Shown: piece after piece, positions 10,943 through 22,614 of the stretch | How the letters are laid out: each line of letters opens with the position of its first letter | Position numbering within the stretch: position 1 is the first letter of the stretch | NCBI RefSeq assembly: GCF_001949145.1 | Contig: NW_019091361.1 | Location: 1,900,866 to 1,964,865, forward strand | Length of the DNA: 64,000 nucleotides | Reading direction: 5' to 3' | From: Acanthaster planci | Lineage: Eukaryota | Notes under the pieces: generated by a model | Seen by the model: only the letters and a program-made list of their open reading frames with translations | Database searches by the model: none | What the model was told of the DNA's origin: nothing | Translations under genes and position numbers: made by a program

Positions 10943-12904
10943 AACAAAATTTCTAATCACGTCTTTGATAAAGGGATGATTGAAAGTCAATGTTTCTATC
11001 TGAGTGGTCTCACCATGTTTAATAAGACTGGAACGTACTGTTGGAGGCCCAACAAGCACTGTAAATTTTATCATTAGTTCAAAATAATGGTCGAATCTAG
11101 GATTTTTTTTATCAGCTCAACAGCATAAGCAAAGAGACGATGTAAACAATTTCAAGCTGCACTCGTCAAAGCCGACGGTAGGTACCGTACTCCGACTATA
11201 CTGATGTGCTGGGTACTATATCGTAAATTGGCTTTATTGTTTGAGCACACGTTGCTAGGGGGTTGATACCCACTATAGATCACGTGATTTATCGGACGCG
11301 ACTGGTCTATTACCAATTACTTGAAAAAAAAACCAAACATTTTCAACTTTAAAAAAAATAAAAAGTTTGATTTAAATGAGTAACTTTTCAAAAATCATAT
11401 GATTTAAATAGGCGATTTAAGTCAAGGTGATTAAATTGGCCAACCCTGAAAACTTTGAGATCATGTTTCAGAATATTAATAAAAACAACCCTACATTTAT
11501 GAGAATTATACAGCAAGATAGCACAGTCAAACCTTGGAATTGGAATTCTGAATTTAAGCCGTATCATCAGTGTGAAAGTAACACAGTGACTTCGAATGTA
11601 GTTAGTTAGGAAATGATGTCGAAAACACTGTCCTCTATGATTTCTGTGTGCGAGGTTCTATAACCGTGTTTACAATGCCGACTTTTTCTTATAAATAGTA
11701 ACATGGTAAACAGTACATGGAATTCGGAGCAGTAACAATAGCTATTGTTATTGGCTATATACCGTTAACATTGGCTATACTTCAATGTGCATGGAGCAAT
11801 GCAATACATGTTTTGTAGCTGTGCCTGCGTTAAAATAACAGAAGCCGTCATGCTCCTGGTAGCAATTATTGTCACCGTCTCCGCCCGCCTTCCGCCCACA
11901 TGCATTAGTCTCATTTTCGTGAGTATCACCTAAAGCCGTGGGGAGTCATCTCGTGCGCAACTGGTAATGATTTGTAATGAACTTGTAATAATAATATGAA
12001 TAGGAAATGAATTAAAATGTAATGTCAAATAAAATGACTTCGAGGCAAAAAACTACCTGAAAACAGCAAATAGTTGACATAAAGTTATTAAACTGTCTAA
12101 GAATGAAAGACTTAATTACTTATTTCACGAATATTCTGATGTCACGTGATGTCCCGACAAACGCGCTTTTAAACCAAATACCTTGCGAAAACATTATGTG
12201 AAGAAGGAATAGAGCCTGAAAGTTGACCCCTGATGGCGCGCTTCCGGAACCCTTGGATAGGAAAAATAACGTGCAAAGATTTTAGAATTTATAATATTTT
12301 TTTGTTCAGTTACTTCTTGAAAAACCCAACTCAGAAAAGGGGCTTTGGAAAATATTTGCTAATGGGCCTATATCAATTTATAGAAACTGAAAAATCACCT
12401 GACCTAAAAGAGAAATATCCTGCCAAAAAATGACCCATCACTTCTGAAAATCTAAATTACATGAAGACAGTGCAAAGAAGCAGTCCCGTATGCAGATAAA
12501 AATTTACGGTTTAAAATTTTATGGTAGTTCGTCGGTAAAAGCCAAAATAAAACAGATCAAATTTTTTATGCAGTCTTATAATTAAGAAGTAATAGAACCT
12601 AAAGCAATATTCTACTTCAATTACGAATGATTCTGATCTTTTATCTAACCTTTGCCGACAACAACTGCGTGATGTCAACTCAACGTGAACCCTTCGACTG
12701 CAACTAGGTAAATCTTTGCAACGTTGTACAATCTCGTAGTCACGTAAGCACGGACAGTAAAAACAAACGTTAATTAACATGGAGACCTAGGTACGATATC
12801 GCCAGACGTGAAAGGTTGTTAAGTTAAGAAAAATCGTTTTTTACCCATCTCCAGGTGAGTTTTCCTAAATATTACTTGAGGAAGACAAAGGTAAAATTCC
12901 AACA

Positions 12905-13160
12905 GGAGTCAGGTTGGCGTAGCAGTTCTTTCCTCGCTTTCCACCTCTGCGGTCCAGGTTCGAATCCCGGCCCGGTCCACATGTGGATTGGGTTTTCAGT
13001 CCCTACCTTAATCCATGGGTTTTACCCAGAATATTCCTTTGGGATTTTCCTCCCACCTCTAAAACTGTAACTGCTTCTCATTGTTTCCTCTCTACAGTGC
13101 CTAGGGCGCTTTTGAGGAATCCTTGGTGTTATTACCCAAAATATGTAATAATAATGAGCG
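12905..13160 (+). mobile_element. tRNA-derived SINE
   Basis: Box A-like TGGCGTAGC and box B GGTTCGAATCCC; a second copy lies in reverse at 58788-59058. Confidence 0.75.
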
Positions 13161-13935
13161 TTTTATGGGGTGGTTTCAGTTAGGAATTATTTTTCCAAAC
13201 ATTATCGCACGTAATTGGACGGCCCAATGTAACCCCCCCCCCAGAGGAGGACAGCGCAAGGGTTCCAGAAGCTCGCTGCGTGATCTTTTACTGTCAGGCT
13301 TTATTGAAAGGTTTTAAGTTACCTGTTGACTTCAAAACGTTAATTTTGATGGAAGAAAAAAATGATAAAACAGTACCATTCTGTGGCTGTGTTCCTTTAT
13401 TGATACATACACTTAAGTCAGATTTAGCAGTATCAAAAGAGTGCAAATATTAAGATGACACTTTTCTGTAAGTTACGGAATTCTGAGTAAATACCTTTCT
13501 GTTCCCATTACTATCACCGTAGTTTTGGTGTTTAGAAGAAAAGACGTGCAACGTTAAGCATCAATAACAGCAACATCTTAGTCAACAACAGGTTTGGGAT
13601 ACACGCAGCTTCTCGGTGTCTGCCATTAATATCTTTTATAACACTCCATGCGTCAATAGTTGAAATAAAATGGCAAAGGTCACATCGAGGTTTCGTATAT
13701 TGTGTAATCAGTATCTTTCTTTAACTGTAGCTACCAGCTGCCATGGTAACCAGGCCTCAAGTGTGCAATCAGCCACCATAGTAATTGCTACCTTGGAAGC
13801 AACTGCTGAATTGAATTGATTTTTCCTGTTACACTTACTGGCAGTGCGTACGGGCCGTATGAATTGCAACCCGAGTTCCTTTTTCGAATGCAGAATAACT
13901 AGACACCGTTCGTATTATATTTTGGAAAAAAAAAG

Positions 13936-14454
13936 ATGTCACCCTGTTTCGTTTTCGTCTTTCTGGCATTTGCAAGCAGTGTTTTATGCTCCTCTCAATC
14001 ATGCGATCGACACCATGGGCTTTGCATAGCTCCCTGGAACAAATGGGGTAGATTTTGCTATATCCTCACCAAACAGCCTCTCTCGTATGACGACGCCCGT
14101 CAGGCCTGTGGTGAGCTGGGAGCCAAGATGGCAGTGCCACGCTCGGACCAGGAGAACGACTTCATGGCAAGCCAGGCCCTTGGCAGCACCGTCTGGATTG
14201 CGTGCAGCGATCGCAAGCAGGAAGGCGACTGGAAGTGTGAGGGGTCCCACGATTGGAATTACACCAACTGGGGAAGTGGTCAGCCTGATAATTATGACAG
14301 GCATGAGCATTGTGCAGCCATAAGATCATCAGATAAGAAGTGGAACGACTTTGGATGCAACACTAAACTGTTGGCTGTTTGCAAACACCAATCTCATATC
14401 CCCTGCTTCACTGCAAACAGTGAAGGCCGGTTGGAATGTAATTCCTGTCTCTAA
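13936..14454 (+). CDS. Secreted C-type lectin, copy 2 (172 aa)
   Basis: Intact paralog: signal peptide + CTLD, QPDNYDRHEHC...WNDFGC. Confidence 0.92.
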   Translation: MSPCFVFVFLAFASSVLCSSQSCDRHHGLCIAPWNKWGRFCYILTKQPLSYDDARQACGELGAKMAVPRSDQENDFMASQALGSTVWIACSDRKQEGDWKCEGSHDWNYTNWGSGQPDNYDRHEHCAAIRSSDKKWNDFGCNTKLLAVCKHQSHIPCFTANSEGRLECNSCL

Positions 14455-15512
14455 ACCCTAACTTCTACCCACGCCCAAGATAAAGTGATGACGGAAATCA
14501 ATGTTTCTATCTGAGTGTTTGTCCATAGTTTGACTCGTATCGTGTTCAACTGGAACGCAATGTGGGGGGGGGGGCGAACAATCATTGAAAATGTCATCAC
14601 GCATTTCCATGGTTGAATTTTAAAAACCGTTTTGCCAGCTCAACACCATCTGCATAAACACAGAGCCGATGTAAATGTTTCCATGCTGCCCTTGGTGATC
14701 CTCCCTTCAATAGTGAATTCCGAATTCAGGTTAATTGGTATATCGTGGAAGCAACCACTTTCCACTTGAGAGTAGGAGATGATGAAAACGAGCTTTTATT
14801 TGCGAATTGACCTCAATGTGTTCCATCGAAGGGCGCTCGACTATTTTTGCACTTCAGCTATGTGCGACTTCAAACCAAGCGCTCTCAGCTCATCACTGCT
14901 TAGAGCGTTGCCAGTACGCTGATGTACAGGAGACGCACTACCATGATTCAAACACATGCTGATATGTGGGGTTGTACTAATTCAAAGCTCAAAGGAAACA
15001 AATGATCATCTGCCCGCGTTTGTTAATGCCTTTATGAAATGCCCAATCCTTAATGACTGTTACAACAAACCAGCTCCCCCTCTGGGAAATTGGAAATCTA
15101 GGGGGATGGGGGAGCCGTTACCACGCCATCTGCAGCGTGTCGATGTGCGTTACCTTCATGTGGACATAGAGCTATTCAACAAGGTTCTTGCAAGAGCTGT
15201 CTGTTTTACTAACTCAGTGGCTTAGCCACCGGAGGGTGGACTTCCCATCAGGGAACTTTTGCCCAGCCACCCTCATCCTCTGAGAAGAGCCTGGCTACAA
15301 CATTGGGTGTTGTCATGGTAAATTACCCTTTCACCAGCTATTTCAAATCGTAAAATTGATTTGCTTCACTGAGATATGGATCCGACTGCCATGGCATGTA
15401 TGTGTATACTACGATTGTTGGTGTTACACTGGCCTCCTCCCCTGGTGCCATACGAAGACAGTTGCACTGATAAAAAAAACGCTTGGAATTTGCGTTTAGT
15501 TTGACAGATATC

Positions 15513-15660
15513 ATATCTTTTCAAATATTTGGCATCCACGTACTGTTGGCAATTCTGAGAGAGACCTTAAGCCGTTCTATATCGTGCGATCAAGGCAGCG
15601 GGCTCTTCACTGCCCCCTGGGAAGAAATGGGATGGATTTTATTCCGTTATTCAAAGCTGT
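15513..15660 (+). pseudogene. C-type lectin subfamily B 5' fragment
   Basis: (ATA)SFQIFGIHVLLAIL...SCDQGSGLFTAPW then frameshift; homologous to CDRHHGLCIAPWKKWG; start codon mutated; paralogous to 26156 and 29586. Confidence 0.7.
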
Positions 15661-17649
15661 GTGCCAGCATTTTGATGGAAGTTACCCTGATGAATGGCAA
15701 CCATTGTCACCGTCGTCGTCCATATCCTGATCATTATTTAGTGTCCATTTCATAAGTATCACCTAAGGCCGTAAGGAGTCATCTCGTGCGCGACTGGTAA
15801 TATATTCATTCAATCAATCAATCATCTCACTTTATTTCCACATACGACAAAATATTGTATATTTAGTGTTTAGCAGAAGAAAATATGTAATATACATGAG
15901 GAGCTATTCTATAAGAAACAAGCTCGTCAAGAATGGGAACCCTTTAAACAGATTTCTCTCAAGTTTCATTAGTGAGAGATTTTAAGAAATCATCAATGAT
16001 AACGTCTTTTACAATGTCTAAAGAGAAATATCGATTCATTAATACATAGTATAATCAAGAATAGAAGATAGAGACAAGGTTTCATTTGATCTTGTAAAAA
16101 TATTATGGATGAGAAGTGAAATAAAATACGATGCCAAGTACAATGACGACGAAGCAATGTAAAACCAATCAACAGTTGACATATACAGCTATTAAGCTAA
16201 GCATGACGCCAACAGGTTTGTAGTCAAGAAAAATTGAACTGTATATTTGACAAATATTCTGATGTCATGTGATTTTTCGACAAATGTGCTTTCGAAACAA
16301 GTTACTGCTTTGCTTTGGTGTTTAAAGTCAAGGTGATTAAATCGGTCAACCCTGAAAACTTTGATATCTTGTTTCAAAATAAAAACAAACCTCTACTTAT
16401 GAGAATTACATACAAAAAGAACACAATCGTAAATGGAACCCGGGAATTCTGAATTTAAGCAGTATCATCAGTGTGAAAGTAACACTTCTAATGTAGAGTA
16501 GATTAACTAGGAAATTATGTCGGAAACTCCTTCCTCTGTGATTTTTGTGTGCAAGGTTCTATTACCCTGTTGAAAATGCTAACTATCCTTATAAATAGTA
16601 TACAATACATGGATGTTGAAAGCGGTATTATAGATTATTGGCTTTATACCGTTGATATTGGCTATACTCCAATCATGTGCAAGGAGCAGTGCAATACCTC
16701 TTTTGTAACTCTGCCTGCAGTATCTGACGGAAGCCATTATGTTCCTGATAGAAAACAATGTAAACGCCTCCGCCCACCTTCCGCTCAAATTAGTTTCACG
16801 AGTATAACTTGTAAAAACTATTATGAAAACAAAATGAATTAAAATGTAATGCTAAATAAAATGACCACGAAGCAAAGTAAAACCTACGTAATAGCAGTGA
16901 ATAGTTGACATAAAAAAATTACACTAAGTATGACGCCGACAGGTTTGTAGTAAAAAACGCGATGTTTCGACAAATGTGCTTTCGAACGAAATACTCCGTG
17001 AAAAAGTATATATGCAGAAGGAATTGAAAAGTTTCCTGTTGACTTGAAAACGTTCATTTCGATGAAGCAAAAATGATACAACGGTACCGGTATGTGGCTG
17101 TGATCGTTTACTGAGGCCTACATTAAAGTCAGATTTAGCAGTATCAAAAGAGTGCAAATGATAAGAAGACACTTTTCTGTATGTTGCTGAATTTAAGTAA
17201 ATACCTTTCTATTCTCATTATTATGACCATATTTTTTGGTGTTTAGAAGAAAAGACGTGCGACAGCAAGCTCAATAACAGCAACATTTTAGTCAACAACA
17301 GGTTTGGGATACATGCAACGTCTCAGTGTCTGCAATTAATATCTTTTATGACATTCAGTGCGTGCATAGTTGAAATAAAAATAGCAAAGGTCACATCGAG
17401 GTTTTGTATATTGTGTAACAATTATCTTTCTTTAACTGTAGCTACCAGTTGCTATGGTAACCAAGTCTTAAGTGCGTAATCAGTCGCCATGATGATTGTT
17501 GCTACCTTGGAGGCAATTGTTGAATTGAATAGATTCTTCCTGCTATACTAATTGGCAGTGCACACGAGCCGTATAAATTGCAACCAGAGTCATTTTTCAA
17601 ATGCAGAATAACTAGACACAGAGTGTTGGTATCATATTTTTAAAAAAAG

Positions 17650-18174
17650 ATGTCGCCCCGTTTCGTTTTCTTGCTGGCATTTGCAATCCTTCTAAGCTGG
17701 GGCTTATGCTCCTTTGTGTCATGCAATCGACGCCATGGGCTTTGCATAGATCCCTGGAAGAAATGGGGTAGATTTTGCTACCTCCTCACCAAACAGCCCA
17801 ACTCGTTTGACGACGCCCGTCATACCTGTCGTAAGCTGGGAGCCAAGATGGCAGTGCCACGCTCGGACCAGGAGAACGACTTCATGGCAAGCCATGCCCT
17901 TGGCAGCACCGTCTGGATTGCGTGCAGCGATCGCAAGCAGGAAGGCGACTGGAAGTGTGAGGGGTCCGGCGAGCGGAATTACACCAACTGGGGAAGCGGT
18001 CAGCCTGATAATTATGACAGGCAGGAGGATTGTGCAACCATGAGGTCATCAGACAAGAAGTGGAATGACCGTAGATGTAACACTAAGTTGCTTGCTGTTT
18101 GCAAAGAACAACCTCGTATTCAGTGCTTTACTGCAAACAGTGAAGGCCGGCTGGAATTTAATTCCTGTATCTAA
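17650..18174 (+). CDS. Secreted C-type lectin, copy 3 (174 aa)
   Basis: Intact paralog, QPDNYDRQEDC...WNDRRC. Confidence 0.92.
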   Translation: MSPRFVFLLAFAILLSWGLCSFVSCNRRHGLCIDPWKKWGRFCYLLTKQPNSFDDARHTCRKLGAKMAVPRSDQENDFMASHALGSTVWIACSDRKQEGDWKCEGSGERNYTNWGSGQPDNYDRQEDCATMRSSDKKWNDRRCNTKLLAVCKEQPRIQCFTANSEGRLEFNSCI

Positions 18175-19400
18175 ACAGTAACTTTTAATGACGCCCAAGA
18201 TAAAGTGATATGTGAGTGCTGCCCATAGTTTGGCTTTCATCATCGTGTTTAGTAAAATTGGACGAACTGTTGGAGGCCCAGCAATCATTGGAAATGTCAT
18301 CATTCGATCAAAATAATGGTCGAATCTTGGAAACCGTTTCGTCAGCTCAACAAAGAAAGCTGTACAAACAAAGAGCCGATGTAAATGTTCTCCAACTGCA
18401 TCCTTTGAACCTCTGTACAAACCCAATGTTTTGACTGGCATCGAATCATCGAATTGTCAGTTTAGTATAACAGATAATAATAAGACAAACAAACTTGTTT
18501 CGATCTAAGTGGTATGCCCAATGGTTGGCTAAATTTTGCGCTTGTAGGTCTTACATCAACCAAGACCAAACATTCGTACAAGTCATCACGGGTGTAGAAT
18601 AAGAGAAAAGTGAGTCTACCCAAATTCGCAATAATCAGGATTGGCGATTATTTTTTTTTTATTATTAAAAGAATCTGATTTGTAGAAAATCTCAATCTGA
18701 TTTTAAAAATTTTTGTTTTTTATTTTTATAAAAAGTGAATACCATTCGGTTCAATGTCGAAGTAAATTAGCTGCCTGTTTGTGACCTTTCTTTTATTTAT
18801 TTCTTTGTTACAAATATAAGAAAATGGATTAAAATTAAGAAATGTAAACCAAATAACTTTATTAAAATCACAAGCCACCTTAAATATTGTCTAAGTCCAA
18901 GTAAAATGTATGCAGTATAGTACCTACACGTACCCACAGAGAAGACAGTTCCTTCAGAGATATTGGTACAGGCACCAAGGGTAAAGTGCCCACCAGCGTT
19001 TAAACCGAATTTCAGGTTTTGACTATAGAAGAGTCCACAGATATGAATGAAAGAAATGACATTTATGTATTTATTTTACATACTATTATGAAGGTAGAAA
19101 ATGCTGGCATTTTGCCTTGCTCTAATGTGTACAAAAGGCATTTGTTTTCATTCCTTTGTGATTTAATACAGTAACAACTCAGGCCTGATTGAAACTCGCT
19201 GTATAAAGAACGTTTTGTAACTGGTTTTGATTTCACTGCATAATTACCAACATTTTGAATTACAATAAAATACGTATGTACTTGTAGAGATAAAAGTGTT
19301 TAGAGATCCCACGTGACGAAATCAAGGCTACTTTTTTGTGATTTTGTAATTATATATTTGCAGATTTTCCATATATTATACTTGCTTTGATTTTTGACCA

Positions 19401-19570
19401 CACTGCAAAAACTGGGGTGTTAAATTTAACACCACCGGTGTTATCAGACGACTACACCAACACTTTTCACTAGTGTTAAAAGTTATTTGTTGTTACTTTT
19501 AGCACCCTTCGGTGCACCGTAACACTCATAGGTGTGCAAATTAACACCAGCTGTGTTAAAGTAACATCCT
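19401..19570. mobile_element. CACTA/EnSpm-like element, left end only
   Basis: Starts CACTGCAAAAA with repeated subterminal ggtgttaa/ttaacacc motifs; no right end seen. Confidence 0.45.
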
Positions 19571-19579
19571 ATGGTGCAA

Positions 19580-19710
19580 CGCATTAGCCAATTAGAACGG
19601 GCGAAATTTGTCGACCTTTTCCAAACGCGCATTGGGTCGACAAATTTCGCGCATTGTGATTGGCCAACGCGTTGAAATTCTTGGAGGCGCACTATTGTGA
19701 AACGCCTGTA
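19580..19710. mobile_element. Palindromic ~165-bp MITE family, partial copy
   Basis: Same sequence as 40930-41093 and ~44815-44975 (gtcgacaaatttcgcgcattgtgattggccaacgcg...ggaggcgcactattgtgaaacgcc). Confidence 0.7.
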
Positions 19711-19746
19711 CTGAATTGTTTACTGGACAAGTAGTGTGTGCGGTAT

Positions 19747-20403
19747 TGTACGTTGCGTGGGCTGCAGGGCATTGCCTGCCTAATTTTCACAGGTGTTACC
19801 AAGTTTTTGTTGTGATTTGTATTACTTTATTTTTTTCACCACTTGTAATATTTGTACATTTTTATTAATCTTATTTTATCCGCTTGTGATTATAGGCTGG
19901 TTTGATAGTAGATTGTTTGGGACCATGTTTAATAAGTGTATCTTCAATCCTTTCTAGTTTGCTGTGATTTGTAGGTTTTTGATTTAGTTTGTCGTAATCT
20001 AGAACTAATGAGTGCCTGCCCACTTTTCACAGGCCAGACCCCACACAAATAAAACAGCAGAAGCACAATCCTGACATGGTGTGCAGTCAGTCTTTGGTAA
20101 ATGGTAGTTTCACCAATCCACCCACCCCCTGCTCTCCAAACCCCCGAACCTGTGTACCCTCTTCCCACCCAGGGCCTCGGAATGTGGAGGCCATCTGCCA
20201 GGCAGAAAGGCCTCGCTGGAACCCCAACGGCCACTCTCACAAAAGGCAGGTACGTACACTGTTTACCCTGTTAAACCTGTTAAACCCTGTCGGAAGTGGA
20301 CACTTCTGAAGTGAAATTCAATCTATGCACTGAATCAAAAACCTTGAATTGAACAAAACCCAGACTGTGTGAAACACGTGTATTCATATAAGGTGGCGAC
20401 GGC
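19747..20403 (+). mobile_element. Possible LTR followed by primer-binding site (fragment)
   Basis: Starts TGT, internal AATAAA (~20047), followed by TGGCGAC at 20394, a Gypsy-type PBS-like motif. No second LTR or internal ORF. Confidence 0.3.
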
Positions 20404-20627
20404 ACAACGCAACGCAATTTTGTCGGCTATAGAACACCATACCTCGGGCCATAATAAGTCATCACGTGCACGACTGGTGATGATGATTTGTAATGAACTC
20501 GTAAAAAGTATAATGAAAAGAAAATGAATTTATAATGCTGAATAAAATGACTACGAAGCCAAAAAAAAAATAAATAAAACGAAACAAAAAACTATGTAAA
20601 CAACATTGAAATAATGGGCGACATGTA

Positions 20628-22230
20628 CTATGGAGTCTCCTGTCGATGCGACGGGTGAGTAGGCAGCTGGTCATTTGCCGGCGTGGGACTTCACGTGAGA
20701 ATGAAGACCGATTCGTGACGCACATGACCGGCCACAGATGCTGCAAAGGAATGCATCCACAGAAGACGAACTCTGTTTCCTTCTCTCCTTCTTTGCTGGA
20801 ATAGCAGCAGCTCTGATGGCTTCAAAAGCCTTTGTGCCTTGTGTACACCGGTGCCTCCAACGAGCTCTCTCGTGGGTAGTTGCTTCCCAAGAGTTCACAT
20901 CGATGTTGCAGCTCTTGGAGTTTGCCTTCAGGGTGTCCTTGTATCTCTTGAAGGGTTTTCCCTGGTCGCGGTGCCCCCTGCTTCAACTGTTCGTACAGCA
21001 GCATCTTTGGAATCCTGTCATCTTCCATACGGACAATATTTCCTGTCAATCTCAGCTGGCACTTGAAGTTCAAGCATTCGATACTGGGGAGGCCACACTT
21101 TTCCAGGACTTGGAGGTTGGACACTCTGTCCTGCCAACTGATGCTGCAGATCTTCCGTAGACATCGTTGGTGGAACTGCTCTAGCTGCTGAATGTGCCGG
21201 GGGGGGGAGGTGGTACACGTCTCGCAACAATAGAGAAGTGCACCCAGGGCTGCAGCTCTATACACGGCAATCTCAGTGGAAAATCGGATGCCGTAGTCTT
21301 GCCAGAGTCTCTTTATCAGTCGGCCGAAGGCCACGCTTGCCTTTCCAATGCGCTGCATCACCTCAGCGTCCAAAGATCCACTGCTCTTTGGACGCTGGGT
21401 AGTAGAACTTGTCCAGAGTCTTGATCTCTGTGTCGTTGATGACGGTGGGAGATGGTTGTGATGCATTGTCAGCCCGTGATGGTAAGGGCTGAAACATGGC
21501 TTCAGTCTTTCCAAGACTGATTGTCAGTCCAAATCGTCTGCAGACAGCTGCGAAGCGATCTATCATATATACTGCATGTCATCGTGGAGGTGTGCAGCCA
21601 GTGCACAGTCGTCTGCGAAGACGAACTCGCGCAGAATGGCTTCAAACACTTTGGTTTTGGCTTAGAGTCTTTACAGGTTGAAAAGTTTCCCATCAGTGCG
21701 GAACTGGATGTACACTCTTCTGTCACAGTCGCTGAAGGCGTCGAGCAGCATCGCTGCAAACATGATGGAGAAGAAGGTTGGGGCAAGCACACAGCCCTGC
21801 TTCACTCCGTTGTTCACTTGGAAGGGACCGAGGCGTAACCGTCCTCTAGGACTCGAGCTTGCATGCCGTAATGGAAGGAGGCAATCAGCGCTGCGCGCTT
21901 GTCTGGGCAGCCAAACTTCTGCAGAATTTTCCACAGGCCGTTCCGGTTCACGGTATCGAAGGCCTTGCTGAAGTCTACGAACACCAGGTGGAGCTCTTGA
22001 TTCTGTTTACAGCATTTCTGCTGTAGCTTCCCATGTCGCTGGTGCTCCTGCCTGCATGAAATCTGCACTGTGATTCAGGGACGATGTTCTTAATGACGTT
22101 CCTGGTGAGTCTGTTGGGGGATGACCCTGGCGAGGACCTTCCCAGCGATGCACAGAAGCGATATCCCGCGGTGATTGTCACAGGAAGTCTTGTCTCCTTT
22201 CCTCTTGTTGATGTGCACTATGGATGCATC
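20628..22230 (-). mobile_element. 5'-truncated, frameshifted RTE-clade LINE (RT domain + C-terminal C2H2)
   Basis: Minus-strand motifs DASIVHINKRKGDKTSCDNHRGISLL, FVDFSKAFDTVNR, GVKQGCVLAPTFF, FADDCAL, QLEQFHQRCLRKI, RMEDDRIPKMLLY, CSICGRSCASRIGLHSH. Confidence 0.93.
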
Positions 22231-22614
22231 AAACAGCCCCACTCGTATGACGACGCCAGTCAAGCTTGTCGTAAGCTGGGAGCCAAGATGGCAGTGCGAC
22301 GCTCGGACCAGGAGAACAACTTAATGGCAAGCCAGGCCCTTGGCAGCACCGTCTGGGTTGCGTGTAGCGATCGCAAGCAGGAAGGCGACTGGAAGTGTGA
22401 GGGGTCCCACGATTGGAATTACACCAACTGGAGAAGCGGTCAGCCTGATAATTTTAAAATGCAGGAGCACTGTGCAGCCATAAGGTCATCAGACAAGAGG
22501 TGGAACGACAATCTCTGCAATGTGAAGATACTGGCTGTTTGCAAAGAACAACCTCGTATCCACTGCTTCACTGCAAACAGCGAAGGCCGGCTGGAATCTA
22601 ATTCCTGTACCTAA
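22084..22614 (+). pseudogene. Lectin copy 4: native 5' end lost; CTLD remainder (22231-22614) fused in frame to antisense LINE sequence
   Basis: Lectin homology begins at KQP (22231); the preceding 49 codons are the reverse strand of the LINE; ORF is open for 176 aa. Confidence 0.8.

Noticed and set aside
12905..12975. tRNA gene
   Set aside because: Has A/B boxes but continues into a shared body found again at 58788-59058, so it is a SINE head.
16441..16451. NF-kB-like site near lectins
   Set aside because: Imperfect match and not positionally conserved across copies, unlike the X-box.
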